From an uncultured Actinomycetes bacterium (lineage in GTDB: Bacteria; Actinomycetota; Acidimicrobiia; Acidimicrobiales; RAAP-2), in assembly GCA_903874965.1 (NCBI GenBank), contig CAIQUD010000122.1, positions 31,780 to 95,779 of the forward strand: a stretch of DNA of 64,000 nucleotides, given 5' to 3'. Both the position numbers and the translations under genes were made by a program. Positions 27,454 through 36,422 of this stretch are shown here, one piece after another; the stretch's first letter is position 1; every line of letters starts with the position of its first letter. The notes beneath the pieces were generated by a model. The model was not told the DNA's origin. It searched no databases and worked only from the letters and a program-made list of their open reading frames with translations.

Positions 27454-28579
27454 TGCTTACCTCCCTAGCTAGGTTTCTATACGCTCGCGCCCCGCGTGAA
27501 CTCGGGTCGAAGCTGGTGATGGGTTGTCCGAAGGATGGAGCCTCAGACAAACGAACTGTCCGTGGGATCACTGAATCACACGTTTCGTTCGGGAAGTGCG
27601 ATCGAACCTCATTGGCCACATCAGCGGCGAGTTTGGTTCTTCCGTCATACATCGTGAGGACAATGGTCGAGACTTCCAACGATGGATTGAGATTCGATGC
27701 CACCAGTTTGACATTACGAAGCAATTGGCCAAGTCCTTCAAGGGCGTAGTACTCGCATTGAATTGGAACGAGGACCTCTGTTGCCGCCGCGAGTCCATTG
27801 ATCGTGATCAGGCCAAGGCTAGGTGGGCAATCAATCATGATGAAGTCGAAGTCTTCAATGACACCCTCGACCGCCCGCTTCAACTTTTGCTCCCGACTAA
27901 ACGCAGGAACCAGTTCGATCTCGACACCGGCAAGGTCGATGGTCGCAGGTGCAAGGAAGAGATTCTTCGTGCTGGTCGGCTCAATCGCATCAGCGAGGTC
28001 TGCATCACGCATGAGCACGTCATACATCGACATCTCAAAGTTCCTGGCATCAATGCCGAGACCCGTTGTTGCATTTCCCTGAGGATCAAGGTCAATGACG
28101 AGCACTCGATAGCCAAGCTCGGCGAGTCCAGCACTCAAGTTGATGGTCGTCGTTGTCTTACCAACACCACCCTTCTGATTCGCAATCGCAATGACACGGG
28201 GGAGTGGTCGTGTCGGTCGCTTGGAGTGGTCGACAAGAACTTCAGATGGGGGAGTGAGCTCCTCATCCTCGTCGTCTTCCTCATCCTCTTCGACCGGGAG
28301 TATGGGAAGTTCATCTACTTCCTCGTTGTCGAGGCTCTCATCCGTCTCGACTTGGGAAGTAGGAGTCTGAACAGCATTTTCAGAAGCAAATGGTGCTGCA
28401 GGAGAGGCGACGGCAGGCTCAATGAGTCCGTTCTGCTCCACTTGGGGCTCTTCTTGCAGAACCGTCTCCTCTGGGGATGTTGGTTGAGCTTCATCCGTCA
28501 CTTCGGACACTGCAAGAGGATCCACCGAGGTGGTTTGCTCATCATCGCTAGGATCTCTGTCTCGGCGCTTGAAGATCAT
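27428..28579 (-). CDS. parA: chromosome partitioning ATPase ParA/Soj with ~125-aa acidic N-terminal extension
   Basis: Deviant Walker A IAIANQKGGVGKTTT, then DLDPQGNAT. The N-terminal region is rich in E/D/P/T. Confidence 0.95.
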   Translation of the reverse strand: MIFKRRDRDPSDDEQTTSVDPLAVSEVTDEAQPTSPEETVLQEEPQVEQNGLIEPAVASPAAPFASENAVQTPTSQVETDESLDNEEVDELPILPVEEDEEDDEDEELTPPSEVLVDHSKRPTRPLPRVIAIANQKGGVGKTTTTINLSAGLAELGYRVLVIDLDPQGNATTGLGIDARNFEMSMYDVLMRDADLADAIEPTSTKNLFLAPATIDLAGVEIELVPAFSREQKLKRAVEGVIEDFDFIMIDCPPSLGLITINGLAAATEVLVPIQCEYYALEGLGQLLRNVKLVASNLNPSLEVSTIVLTMYDGRTKLAADVANEVRSHFPNETCDSVIPRTVRLSEAPSFGQPITSFDPSSRGARAYRNLAREVSNGATKRTR

Positions 28580-28670
28580 GTACCTCTCCGTGAACGGTTG
28601 GGGCTCGTATCCTGCCCCACCTTGCTCTTCAGGTCAAACGCAGAAGTTTCGACCCAGCTCAACGCTCGAA

Positions 28671-28686
28671 TGTTTCACGTGAAACT
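28671..28686. promoter_or_regulatory. parS site (15/16 match to TGTTTCACGTGAAACA)
   Basis: TGTTTCACGTGAAACT, 92 nt upstream of the parA start codon. Confidence 0.8.
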
Positions 28687-28729
28687 ATCGAAAAGTCCGC
28701 TGAGAGCCACTTCTCGTCTCTTGAAGAAA

Positions 28730-29278
28730 CTACCTCTCTTGCCACTCGTTCTCTAGGATTGCGTAGACAAGTTCGTCGGTCCACTCCCCCTTGACGAACT
28801 CATTTTGGCGGAAGAGGGCCTCCTGTTGAAAGCCGAGACGCTCAAGAACCGCCGCTGAAGCCCTATTTCGAGCATCCAATCGACCCACCACTCGATGGGC
28901 ATGAAGCAGATCGAAACAGAGGTCCACCATCACCCGAACGGATTCGGTTGCAAAACCGTTGCCATTAAAGTCTGGGTCGAACATATAACCCACCTCGGCA
29001 CTTCTGTGCTGGCTGGAAACCAGCGAGAAACCAACTTCGCCCACCAACACACCATCCGCATCGACGGCGAAGTTCCGCCATTCGCCTTCTGCCGGACTAC
29101 CAGTGCCAAACCGACGGAGAAGGTGTTGAAAGGCTTCATCTGCGGTCAGTGGATCCTCGTAGAGAAATCGAACCACTTCTGGGTTTCCCATGATGGCTGC
29201 GTGCCGCTCCAGGTCCTCTGGAACCAATAATCGGATAGTGAGCCGATCGGTATGGATTGGTAGGAGAAGGTCAACCAC
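28730..29278 (-). CDS. GNAT N-acetyltransferase (RimJ/RimL-like)
   Basis: TDRLTIRLL...EVGY...GNGFATE...RNRASAAVLERLGF. The ORF-track start 29332 would read through a parS palindrome, so GTG 29278 is preferred. Confidence 0.75.
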   Translation of the reverse strand: MVDLLLPIHTDRLTIRLLVPEDLERHAAIMGNPEVVRFLYEDPLTADEAFQHLLRRFGTGSPAEGEWRNFAVDADGVLVGEVGFSLVSSQHRSAEVGYMFDPDFNGNGFATESVRVMVDLCFDLLHAHRVVGRLDARNRASAAVLERLGFQQEALFRQNEFVKGEWTDELVYAILENEWQER

Positions 29279-29299
29279 GGCACCAGTAAAGCATGAACA

Positions 29300-29315
29300 T
29301 GTTTCACGTGAAACA
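29300..29315. promoter_or_regulatory. parS site (perfect consensus)
   Basis: TGTTTCACGTGAAACA in the divergent GNAT/VOC intergenic region. Confidence 0.9.
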
Positions 29316-29348
29316 TCAATCTTCCCAATCACTCGCTAGGCTCAAACT

Positions 29349-29789
29349 ATGGAACCAATCCTCCATCTTTCGATTGTCGTGGATGACCTCGAGACTGCCC
29401 GAGCGTTCTACATTGACCTCCTTGGCTGTACACCTGGACGAAGAGCACCAGACTGGATGGATGTTTGGTTCTTCGGCCTCCAGCTCACCCTTCAAGCCCA
29501 GCCAGAAGCGTTCCTCAATGCTGCACAGGGTGGGAAACGCCACTTCGGGGTCACACTCGATCGCGGAACGTTCGATGCGCTGACACGTCGCATCGACGAA
29601 GCGGGGGTTCCCTGGCTTGACCCAGTTACCACCTCATCCTTTGGGACTCCTCAAGAACAGACCAAAGGTAAATTGCTTGATCCCAGCTCAAATGTTTTGG
29701 AACTCAAGACGTATCCAAATATTGGCGAGGCGCTACTTCCGAAGCCTTCAGATGTTCCACGTGGAACATCTGAAGCCGAAACCCCATGA
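29349..29789 (+). CDS. VOC (glyoxalase/bleomycin-resistance/dioxygenase) family protein
   Basis: LHLSIVVDDLETARAFYIDLLGC...HFGVTL...LELK beta-alpha-beta-beta-beta pattern. Confidence 0.7.
   Translation: MEPILHLSIVVDDLETARAFYIDLLGCTPGRRAPDWMDVWFFGLQLTLQAQPEAFLNAAQGGKRHFGVTLDRGTFDALTRRIDEAGVPWLDPVTTSSFGTPQEQTKGKLLDPSSNVLELKTYPNIGEALLPKPSDVPRGTSEAETP
29753..29768. promoter_or_regulatory. parS-like perfect palindrome (variant)
   Basis: TGTTCCACGTGGAACA, two symmetric changes from the consensus. Lies in the 3' end of the VOC gene, 18 nt before the ParB/Srx-like ORF start. Confidence 0.65.
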
Positions 29790-30160
29790 GCATTCGACCT
29801 CAGTACAACTTTTGGCCAAGTGAGAATGGCTTCGACGCGTGGGACGTCAAGCGACTGATCGAACTCTCGAGAGATCTACCCGTGAACGAGGTCCCATTGG
29901 AGGCAATTGTCGAATTCGATGCTCCCTACTGGGGCGGAGAGGCTGCCTTCACGGTCAGAGAGATTGCAGAGCACGCGAGACTGATCGCTGAGGCGGACTA
30001 CACCTACCCAATCATTCTGGCGGCAGATGGTCGTGTGATGGATGGGATGCATCGAATAGCGAAGGCGTTTCTCGACGGGCTACTGACCGTTCCAGCAGTT
30101 CGCTTCGTCGCTCAACCCGAACCCGACTTCCGCGACATCGATCCATCCAGCCTTCCCTGA
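29786..30160 (+). CDS. small ParB/Srx-fold domain protein (no HTH)
   Basis: YPIILAADGRVMDGMHRIAKAFLDGLLTVPAVRF parallels the ParB N-domain core (compare parB here: LQPILVR...YELIAGERRWRAARRAGLQTIPVLVR). 124 aa. ATGA overlap with the VOC gene. Confidence 0.5.
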   Translation: MSIRPQYNFWPSENGFDAWDVKRLIELSRDLPVNEVPLEAIVEFDAPYWGGEAAFTVREIAEHARLIAEADYTYPIILAADGRVMDGMHRIAKAFLDGLLTVPAVRFVAQPEPDFRDIDPSSLP

Positions 30161-30180
30161 CGGGTCGGGCAGAGAGCGGA

Positions 30181-30840
30181 TCAGGTATCTAGAATTGGGA
30201 ACAGTGGTCGCTTCGCCGGGATACCCACTCGTCTCGGAAAGCGGTCCTCTGTCGCTGCAACCTTCTCGATGGCGACGAAATGCCGTTCCGCTTGAATGAG
30301 CATAGGGGCGTCTAACCCGAGTAGTTCGAGACTGAAACTTGGCCACCGTCGCTCGGTAGCCTCAGTCGAAGGTGGCTCAGACACAAGCAGCCATCCACCG
30401 ACTTTCAGCAGAGGAGCAGCACACTCGGCCAGGACTGGGGGAGGACCGAAGGACCGGGCGACGACCATATCAAAGGTCTCTCGAAGATCCTCCTCATGAG
30501 CGAGCTCCTCGGCTCGACCGCGTCGAACGGCAACACGAGTCGTCAACCCCATTCGCTCTACTGATTCCGTCAAGAAGGCACAGCGTCGCTCAGCAGCATC
30601 AATCAGGACAAAACTTGCGGTAGTCCACGCCTCAGCCAGCACCAATCCTGGAAGACCGCCACCAGAACCTAGGTCGGCAACTCTTCCATCTGAGCCAGCT
30701 CCAACTCGGCGAGCAGCCTCAACATACCCAAGTGCATGACGGATATGAGCAGCAACCTCTCCAGGTCCAAGGAGACCTAAGTCAAAGGCTTGATCAAGCG
30801 AGGCACGACCTTCGGACGAGAAATCCTCAACCGAAAACAC
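30181..30840 (-). CDS. rsmG: 16S rRNA (guanine527-N7)-methyltransferase RsmG (GidB)
   Basis: VADLGSGGGLPGLVLA SAM motif, in the conserved position next to jag. Confidence 0.9.
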   Translation of the reverse strand: MFSVEDFSSEGRASLDQAFDLGLLGPGEVAAHIRHALGYVEAARRVGAGSDGRVADLGSGGGLPGLVLAEAWTTASFVLIDAAERRCAFLTESVERMGLTTRVAVRRGRAEELAHEEDLRETFDMVVARSFGPPPVLAECAAPLLKVGGWLLVSEPPSTEATERRWPSFSLELLGLDAPMLIQAERHFVAIEKVAATEDRFPRRVGIPAKRPLFPILDT

Positions 30841-30861
30841 TGCAATCCTCTACTTGGAGAC

Positions 30862-31710
30862 TTAGTTCGACGGAATGAGGACTACGTACCGTCGGGAGTC
30901 TTCACCCTCAGATCGCGTCTCCACCCCATCAATTTCACCAACGGCGTCGTGGATCACTTTGCGGTCGGCTGGTGACATGGGCTCGAGTGGGCGTTCTTCG
31001 CCAGAAGCCTTCACTTCATCGGCAATTCCAGCAATCCATCGGCGGAGGGCTGCAACCCGGCGCTCACGGTATTGAGCAACATCAACCAGGATTCTGTCGG
31101 TGCGTGCGGTGAACTTCGCCTGAACGACCGTCCGAGTGACATCCTGCAGTGCAGCAAGCGTTGAACCACGTGGTCCAACGAGAAGGCCAAGCTCTTCACC
31201 AGTGACGGCCAATTCGAGGGTTTCGTCGTCAAGCTTCCGAATTTCTACCGAAGCGTCGTAGCCATACGCGTCAAGAAGCCCCTTCAGGAACTCCTGTCCA
31301 ACCTTCGCCTGCTCCTCGAGGGTCATACCGTCTGCCATTTCTCGCTCCTCTTGCTTGGGTCGACGCTCACCAGTTTGCTGGTTACGCCCATTCTTCGGTC
31401 CATTCGACTTCTGTTGCTTCGGGCGCCCGGATTCAGCAGCCGGAGCCTTCTCCTTCTTTGGTTGCTGAACGCGCGGTTCTCCGCCACGCTCACTTGAGCG
31501 CTCCTGACGGCTTCTGTTGCGCTTCGGGCGTGGTCCTGCTGGTCGAACTCGAGCTTTCACTCGTGCTTCTCCACGCATCCGTCCAAACAAACCCTTCGTT
31601 GGCTCAGAAACAATCAGAATCTCTGCATCATCTGCCTCGACGCCCAGTTGACGAAGTGCAGACTCCTTTGCGTCCTCAATGGTCGTTCCGGTGACTTCAA
31701 CCCATTCCAT
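30862..31710 (-). CDS. jag: Jag/KhpB RNA-binding protein (Jag_N, KH, R3H)
   Basis: [24 protein letters not shown], a long basic disordered linker, and the C-terminal R3H LEPMSPADRKVIHDAV. Confidence 0.85.
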   Translation of the reverse strand: MEWVEVTGTTIEDAKESALRQLGVEADDAEILIVSEPTKGLFGRMRGEARVKARVRPAGPRPKRNRSRQERSSERGGEPRVQQPKKEKAPAAESGRPKQQKSNGPKNGRNQQTGERRPKQEEREMADGMTLEEQAKVGQEFLKGLLDAYGYDASVEIRKLDDETLELAVTGEELGLLVGPRGSTLAALQDVTRTVVQAKFTARTDRILVDVAQYRERRVAALRRWIAGIADEVKASGEERPLEPMSPADRKVIHDAVGEIDGVETRSEGEDSRRYVVLIPSN

Positions 31711-32693
31711 CAGCGATCTCTCCTCTTACGCTTGTCTTTGGATCGAGGGTGTTCCTTCGATCCATCTTTCTTTGGCTCCCCAATGGCGGCTTTCCCGCCC
31801 TTTGACGTGCCTTTCGACGGTTCGTCTTCCTTGGCGGTTCCTGAGATGACTCGCTCACTCGCCTTGTGGTGAGGCCGCTTAACGACCCCGGTTCTGAACA
31901 TCAGGTCCTGCGTAATTACCCTAACGATGTTGGAAACCACAAAATAGACCGTCAAGGCAGCCGGAACAATGAAGTAAATGTAAGCGAACAAGAGTGGCAT
32001 GATTCGCTGAATGGTCTGCATCTGTGCAGGTGCCGTATTTCCCGCCTGTGTGTTCTTCTTGATCTGCCACATCAAGACATACTGAAGCCCGACAGCGGCT
32101 GCGATCAGGGCAAACAGAGGGATTCGTTGAACAAGCGTTAGTCCGGGGGAGAATGGGTGGTTTGAAAGGTCGACACCGAACGACACCATATGTCCATTAG
32201 ATGCAACCAAATCGTGATACATGGCTGAAGAATGCGGAATATACTGGGGCGATGATTTCGTCGTCCCATCGGCGAGCACCGTCGAATGCGTGAGGCCTCG
32301 GATCACGAAGTACAGCACTGACATGAACGGGGCTTGGGCCAGCACCGGCAGGCATCCTGAGAGTGGATTGACGCCGTGCTCTTTATAGAGCGCCATCATC
32401 TCTTCATTCATCGCCACCTTGTCGGTGGAGCCCTTGTACTTCAGCTGAAGTTTCTTCATTTCCGGCTGAATTCGTTGCATTGCCAGCTGCGATTTGGTCG
32501 ACTTCACCGTCAGTGGCGTCAAAATCGCCATAATTACCAGGGTGAGCGCTGAAATTGCCAAGGCGTAGTTGGGAATTACTCCGTAAATCCAGGCCAGAAT
32601 CGTCGCGAACAGCACGAGCAATGGATGGAAAATGGTCGAGATTGAGTGCCCGATCGACTGAAAGATCGAGGCGGTCAGGAGAGCGTGATTCAT
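31710..32693 (-). CDS. yidC: membrane protein insertase YidC
   Basis: [16 protein letters not shown]...[10 protein letters not shown] and a basic C-terminal tail. Confidence 0.9.
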   Translation of the reverse strand: MNHALLTASIFQSIGHSISTIFHPLLVLFATILAWIYGVIPNYALAISALTLVIMAILTPLTVKSTKSQLAMQRIQPEMKKLQLKYKGSTDKVAMNEEMMALYKEHGVNPLSGCLPVLAQAPFMSVLYFVIRGLTHSTVLADGTTKSSPQYIPHSSAMYHDLVASNGHMVSFGVDLSNHPFSPGLTLVQRIPLFALIAAAVGLQYVLMWQIKKNTQAGNTAPAQMQTIQRIMPLLFAYIYFIVPAALTVYFVVSNIVRVITQDLMFRTGVVKRPHHKASERVISGTAKEDEPSKGTSKGGKAAIGEPKKDGSKEHPRSKDKRKRRDR

Positions 32694-32944
32694 CGGGGGC
32701 TCTGGCTCCTCATGGTTGGGGATGGGACGGGGTCATAGCCAAATGCTGCGAAGGGCTGACACCGAAGGATGCGCCGAATTGCAAGCCATCCACCTCGGAT
32801 GACGCCATGCGTCGTTACCGCTTCAGCTGCATAGGTTGAGCATGAAGGCTGGAAACGGCATGGTGACGGATAGCCGGCCCTTGCTGATTGGTAGAGAGAA
32901 ATCCCTTTTGTAACAAGGGTTTTTGGGATTTGACCGAACTTCAT
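32690..32944 (-). CDS. yidD: membrane protein insertion efficiency factor YidD
   Basis: [15 protein letters not shown]...[15 protein letters not shown]. Confidence 0.85.
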   Translation of the reverse strand: MKFGQIPKTLVTKGISLYQSARAGYPSPCRFQPSCSTYAAEAVTTHGVIRGGWLAIRRILRCQPFAAFGYDPVPSPTMRSQSPR

Positions 32945-33300
32945 TATCGCCCACCTCTTTCGCCAGCTTCGATGAGAGTTGGAACGACCAGAGTTCGAAG
33001 TTCATGAAACGAGAGTGACGAGGCAGCCGGCTGGGTCCGAACGAGGTACGCACCTGGGGCCATCTTGACCGCGGCCTCGGTGCTGAGCACACGAAGCCTT
33101 CGCCGCAGCAGATTTCGCTGCACAGCATTGCCGCACGTCTTATCAATGGCATAGGCAACATGAGGGCGCGTGAGTACGCTCCCGTGGTCACCCGTGGTGT
33201 AACTCACCCGGATTGGACCTCGGGAGGCCCGTCCTCGTGGTCGTCTCAGGGCATCGAAGAGCGCACGGCGCTGCACGCTCCCGACCAGCTGGCCGGACAA
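32944..33300 (-). CDS. rnpA: RNase P protein component
   Basis: C-terminal part of the 197-aa ORF: ...[10 protein letters not shown]...[24 protein letters not shown]... The start (TTG 33300 or GTG 33276) is uncertain. The upstream part of the long ORF overlaps rpmH in another frame. Confidence 0.8.
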   Translation of the reverse strand: MSGQLVGSVQRRALFDALRRPRGRASRGPIRVSYTTGDHGSVLTRPHVAYAIDKTCGNAVQRNLLRRRLRVLSTEAAVKMAPGAYLVRTQPAASSLSFHELRTLVVPTLIEAGERGGR

Positions 33301-33305
33301 CGGAA

Positions 33306-33440
33306 CTAGGCGCTGATGCGGTGACGGCCCTTGAGGCGACGAGACTTCAGGACGGCACGGCCGGCACTGGTGGACATACGAGCCCGGAATCCGTGCTTCT
33401 TTGCCCTGCGGCGGGTGTTGGGTTGGAAGGTGCGCTTCAC
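33306..33440 (-). CDS. rpmH: 50S ribosomal protein L34
   Basis: My translation (GTG start): [44 protein letters not shown]. Too short for the ORF track. Confidence 0.95.
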   Translation of the reverse strand: MKRTFQPNTRRRAKKHGFRARMSTSAGRAVLKSRRLKGRHRISA

Positions 33441-33616
33441 GTTTTGGGCCTTTCACTGCGAAGGTGGAGCCAAGAGGGGCAATCCACCCAATGCTGGACA
33501 GACGAGTCGAACGGCATGTCCGACACGGCTTGACCATGTTAGGTCAGATTTGCAACCCCTCTAGCAGGGTGGCTCCGCGCGGTGTAGGTTGCCCTTCCCA
33601 CTCCACCTAACATCGC

Positions 33617-33683
33617 GCTCCACACCTGTGGATAGCCCTGTGGAGGAAAGTGGGTGTGGTTGCTCGGAGGAGCTTGTGGAAAA
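33617..33683. promoter_or_regulatory. DnaA-box cluster in the dnaA promoter/leader
   Basis: GCTCCACAC 33617, TGTGGATAG 33627, TGTGGAGGA 33639, TGTGGAAAA 33675 (overlaps the GTG start). Confidence 0.6.
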
Positions 33684-35055
33684 CGTCAATGAAATTTGGG
33701 ATCGATGCGCCGTAGCCCTGAAGGGTCAGGTGTCAGAGGCTGTGTGGCAGATGTTCCTGTCAACCATCGTTCCTGTGGATTTAACTGGCGACACCTTGAT
33801 TTTGGCTGTTCCGAACGCGATTGTCCGCGATCGAATCGTTGATCGTTTTCTCCCCCTCATTACCGAGTCACTCGCCGTTGAAGTTGATGAACCCTTGGAC
33901 GTTGAGGTTGTCATTGACGAACAGATCGCCAAGGAGCCAGTCCTTGAGCCTCCCGTTGCCGCTCCTGCTTCGCGGCCAACCCAACAACCACGGCCCACTG
34001 GCATTGGTACAAGTAACGGGTCGTCGGTCAAGCTTGATCCGCGATTCACCTTCGACAGTTTTGTCTCTGCATCCTCAAACCGACTCGCCTGCGCTGCCGC
34101 CAAAACGGTCGCAGAGACGCCTGGTCGGCACTACAACCCGCTCTTCATTTATGGCGCTTCCGGTCTCGGCAAGACCCACCTTCTTCACGCCATTGGCAAC
34201 TACATCGTTGAGAATTATCGGAATTATCGGGTTCTCTACGTCACGACTGAAACCTTCCTCAATGACTATGTCGACGCGATTCGACAGGGAAAGTCGACCA
34301 TGGCGTTCAAGCGCCACTACCGAGAGTGCGACGTGCTGCTGATTGACGACGTTCAGTTCATGCAGAACAAGGAAGGTCTTCAAGAAGAGCTCTTCCACAC
34401 CTATAACGACCTTCACCAGGCAGGCAAGCAGATTGTTCTCACCTCAGACCGCCCACCAAAGTCCATTGATGACCTCGAAGACCGGCTGCGAAGTCGCCTT
34501 CTTTCTGGTCTGCTCGTTGAGATTGATCCGCCAGATCTCGAGACCCGCCTTGCCATCCTTCGCACCAAAGCGGAGCGGGAGCGAGTCCGAGTGCCTGATG
34601 AGGTCCTCGAGTTCATTGCGACCAATGTCCGAGACAACATTCGTGAGCTTGAGGGCGCCCTCATCCGGGTAACTGCGTTCGCCAATCTCAATCAGGAACC
34701 AGTGTCCCTCGAGTCGGCCGAACGTGTGCTTGATGACATTGTTGCGGGGGGAGAGCCTCGACTCATTACCCCCGAGATGATTCTCGAAGCAGTGGCTTTG
34801 ACCTACAACTTCTCAATTGCCGAGATCATTGGCCCGAGTAGGACTCGACCGCTCATCACCGCTCGACATGTGGCGATGTATCTCGTCAGGACGTTGACGG
34901 ACTACTCCTATCCGGCGATTGGCAGGGTTTTTGGAGATCGTGATCACACCACCTGCATTAATGCAGTGGAGAAGATCACTGGGCAGATGAGTGACCGCCG
35001 TCAGATCTACGACCAGGTCACTCGTCTCGAGACTGAGCTTCGAAGGAACGCATAA
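33676..35055 (+). CDS. dnaA: chromosomal replication initiator DnaA
   Basis: NPLFIYGASGLGKTHLLHAIGN Walker A, LLIDDVQF, the sensor region, and a C-terminal DNA-binding domain (ARHVAMYL...FGDRDHTTCINA). GTG 33676 (VENVNEIWDRC) is preferred. Confidence 0.95.
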   Translation: MENVNEIWDRCAVALKGQVSEAVWQMFLSTIVPVDLTGDTLILAVPNAIVRDRIVDRFLPLITESLAVEVDEPLDVEVVIDEQIAKEPVLEPPVAAPASRPTQQPRPTGIGTSNGSSVKLDPRFTFDSFVSASSNRLACAAAKTVAETPGRHYNPLFIYGASGLGKTHLLHAIGNYIVENYRNYRVLYVTTETFLNDYVDAIRQGKSTMAFKRHYRECDVLLIDDVQFMQNKEGLQEELFHTYNDLHQAGKQIVLTSDRPPKSIDDLEDRLRSRLLSGLLVEIDPPDLETRLAILRTKAERERVRVPDEVLEFIATNVRDNIRELEGALIRVTAFANLNQEPVSLESAERVLDDIVAGGEPRLITPEMILEAVALTYNFSIAEIIGPSRTRPLITARHVAMYLVRTLTDYSYPAIGRVFGDRDHTTCINAVEKITGQMSDRRQIYDQVTRLETELRRNA

Positions 35056-35315
35056 CCTGTGGAGAACCCTGCGCACGACATGGGGGACGACCTCGAACAA
35101 CATGGGGAGGGGTTATTGGTTCTCCACACCCGCCAAAGGTGCAGTGCGAACCGTCGTCAATCTTGTCCACAACCCTCAACACAACAGGGGATAACGAAAA
35201 GTGCCTCTGAGCAGGGAAAACGTTGCCTTTCCCACAATCCACAGGACCTACTACAAGTATCTATTACTACGATCATCCTGTTGAGGCCGATCGTTGAACG
35301 AAGGAGAACACCACT
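35056..35315. other. candidate oriC (dnaA-dnaN spacer)
   Basis: DnaA boxes TGTGGAGAA 35058, TTCTCCACA 35120, TTGTCCACA 35163 (perfect actinobacterial consensus), TTTCCCACA 35228, CAATCCACA 35235. These are followed by an AT-rich stretch at 35249-35275 (ctactacaagtatctattactacgatc). Confidence 0.7.
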
Positions 35316-36416
35316 GTGAAGTTCCGATCTGAGCGCGATTCTCTCGCCGAAGCCCTAACAACTGCTGGTCGCGCTGTCGCAAGTCGCGGCTCTTCTGCGG
35401 TGCTCTCCGGGCTCCTCCTTACCTGTGAGGGAAACAATCTGACCGTAACCGGCACCGACCTGGACCTCGCAATTCGAGTGCAGTTCGAAGTGATCGGTAT
35501 TGCTGACGGCACCGCAGTTGTTCCGGCAAAACTTGCCGCGGACATTGTTCGTTCACTTGAACCCGGTGCACTCACCATCGAGGCGGCAGATGACCGCGTT
35601 GACATCGCCGCAGCAAGGTCACACTTCGGCATTCGGGCCTATCCATCGGTGGAATTTCCAAATGTGGCATCGGCCGGGGCTCCAATTTCTTCAATTGATG
35701 CAAGTACCCTGGCAGAGGGACTTCGCCAAGTTGTTCGTGCATCATCCAGTGACGACGCTCGACCACTACTTACCGGGGTGTTGTTGACCAACAACGAAGG
35801 TTCACTTCGAATGGTCGCAACCGACTCCTACCGACTCGCACTGCGTGATCTGGGCATCCAAAGCGGTTCCGTTGCCGACGAAGACATCTTGGTGCCAGCT
35901 CGATCACTCTCAGAACTTCAACGATTGACGACTTCGGCTCCAGAGGGAACGACCGTCGGAATTATTGCGACGAAGAATGAAATTGCCTTCACAACTGGGA
36001 AGGTAACCATTTCAACTCGACTTCTTGAAGGCACCTACCCGGATTATCGGCAGCTGATTCCTGACAGCTACCCAAATCAACTTGTGGTTGGCAAGGAAAA
36101 CCTCATGTCTGCGCTTCGCCGAGTTCGACTTCTTGTTCGCGACAACACCACCCCAGTTCGGTTATCAATGCGGGCGGGCGGGGTCGACCTCACCGTGAAG
36201 TCACCAGATGGAGATGCCAGCGAAACAGTTGATGGCGACTACACCGGGGAAGATTTCACCATTGCGTTCAACCCCACGTACTTGATTGATGGCATTGACG
36301 CAGTCCTTTCGGACGAAGTCGTCATTGAAAGCACGGACGCCAGTCGTCCGGCAACCGTTCGGAGCGCCGAGCAAGCCGATTTCCGGTACTTGCTCATGCC
36401 GGTCCGAGTGCCCTAG
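35316..36416 (+). CDS. dnaN: DNA polymerase III beta sliding clamp
   Basis: MKFRSERDSLAEAL...LTGVLL...ATDSYRLA...YLLMPVRV. GTG start preceded by GAAGGAG. Confidence 0.95.
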   Translation: MKFRSERDSLAEALTTAGRAVASRGSSAVLSGLLLTCEGNNLTVTGTDLDLAIRVQFEVIGIADGTAVVPAKLAADIVRSLEPGALTIEAADDRVDIAAARSHFGIRAYPSVEFPNVASAGAPISSIDASTLAEGLRQVVRASSSDDARPLLTGVLLTNNEGSLRMVATDSYRLALRDLGIQSGSVADEDILVPARSLSELQRLTTSAPEGTTVGIIATKNEIAFTTGKVTISTRLLEGTYPDYRQLIPDSYPNQLVVGKENLMSALRRVRLLVRDNTTPVRLSMRAGGVDLTVKSPDGDASETVDGDYTGEDFTIAFNPTYLIDGIDAVLSDEVVIESTDASRPATVRSAEQADFRYLLMPVRVP

Positions 36417-36422
36417 GTCATT

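Noticed and set aside
27596-28756. 386-aa plus-strand ORF
   Set aside because: It is fully antisense to parA. Its composition is R/L/C-rich with no recognisable motif, which is typical of a shadow ORF in GC-rich coding DNA.
28579-30181. The rsmG-parA insert as a mobile element
   Set aside because: It has no integrase, transposase or recombinase, and no terminal repeats other than the parS sites themselves. It is kept only as a possible ancient insertion.
32944-33537. 197-aa ORF as a long RnpA
   Set aside because: Its N-terminal ~80 codons overlap rpmH in a different frame and look like noise (P/R/S-rich). I trimmed it to the RnpA-like C-terminal part.
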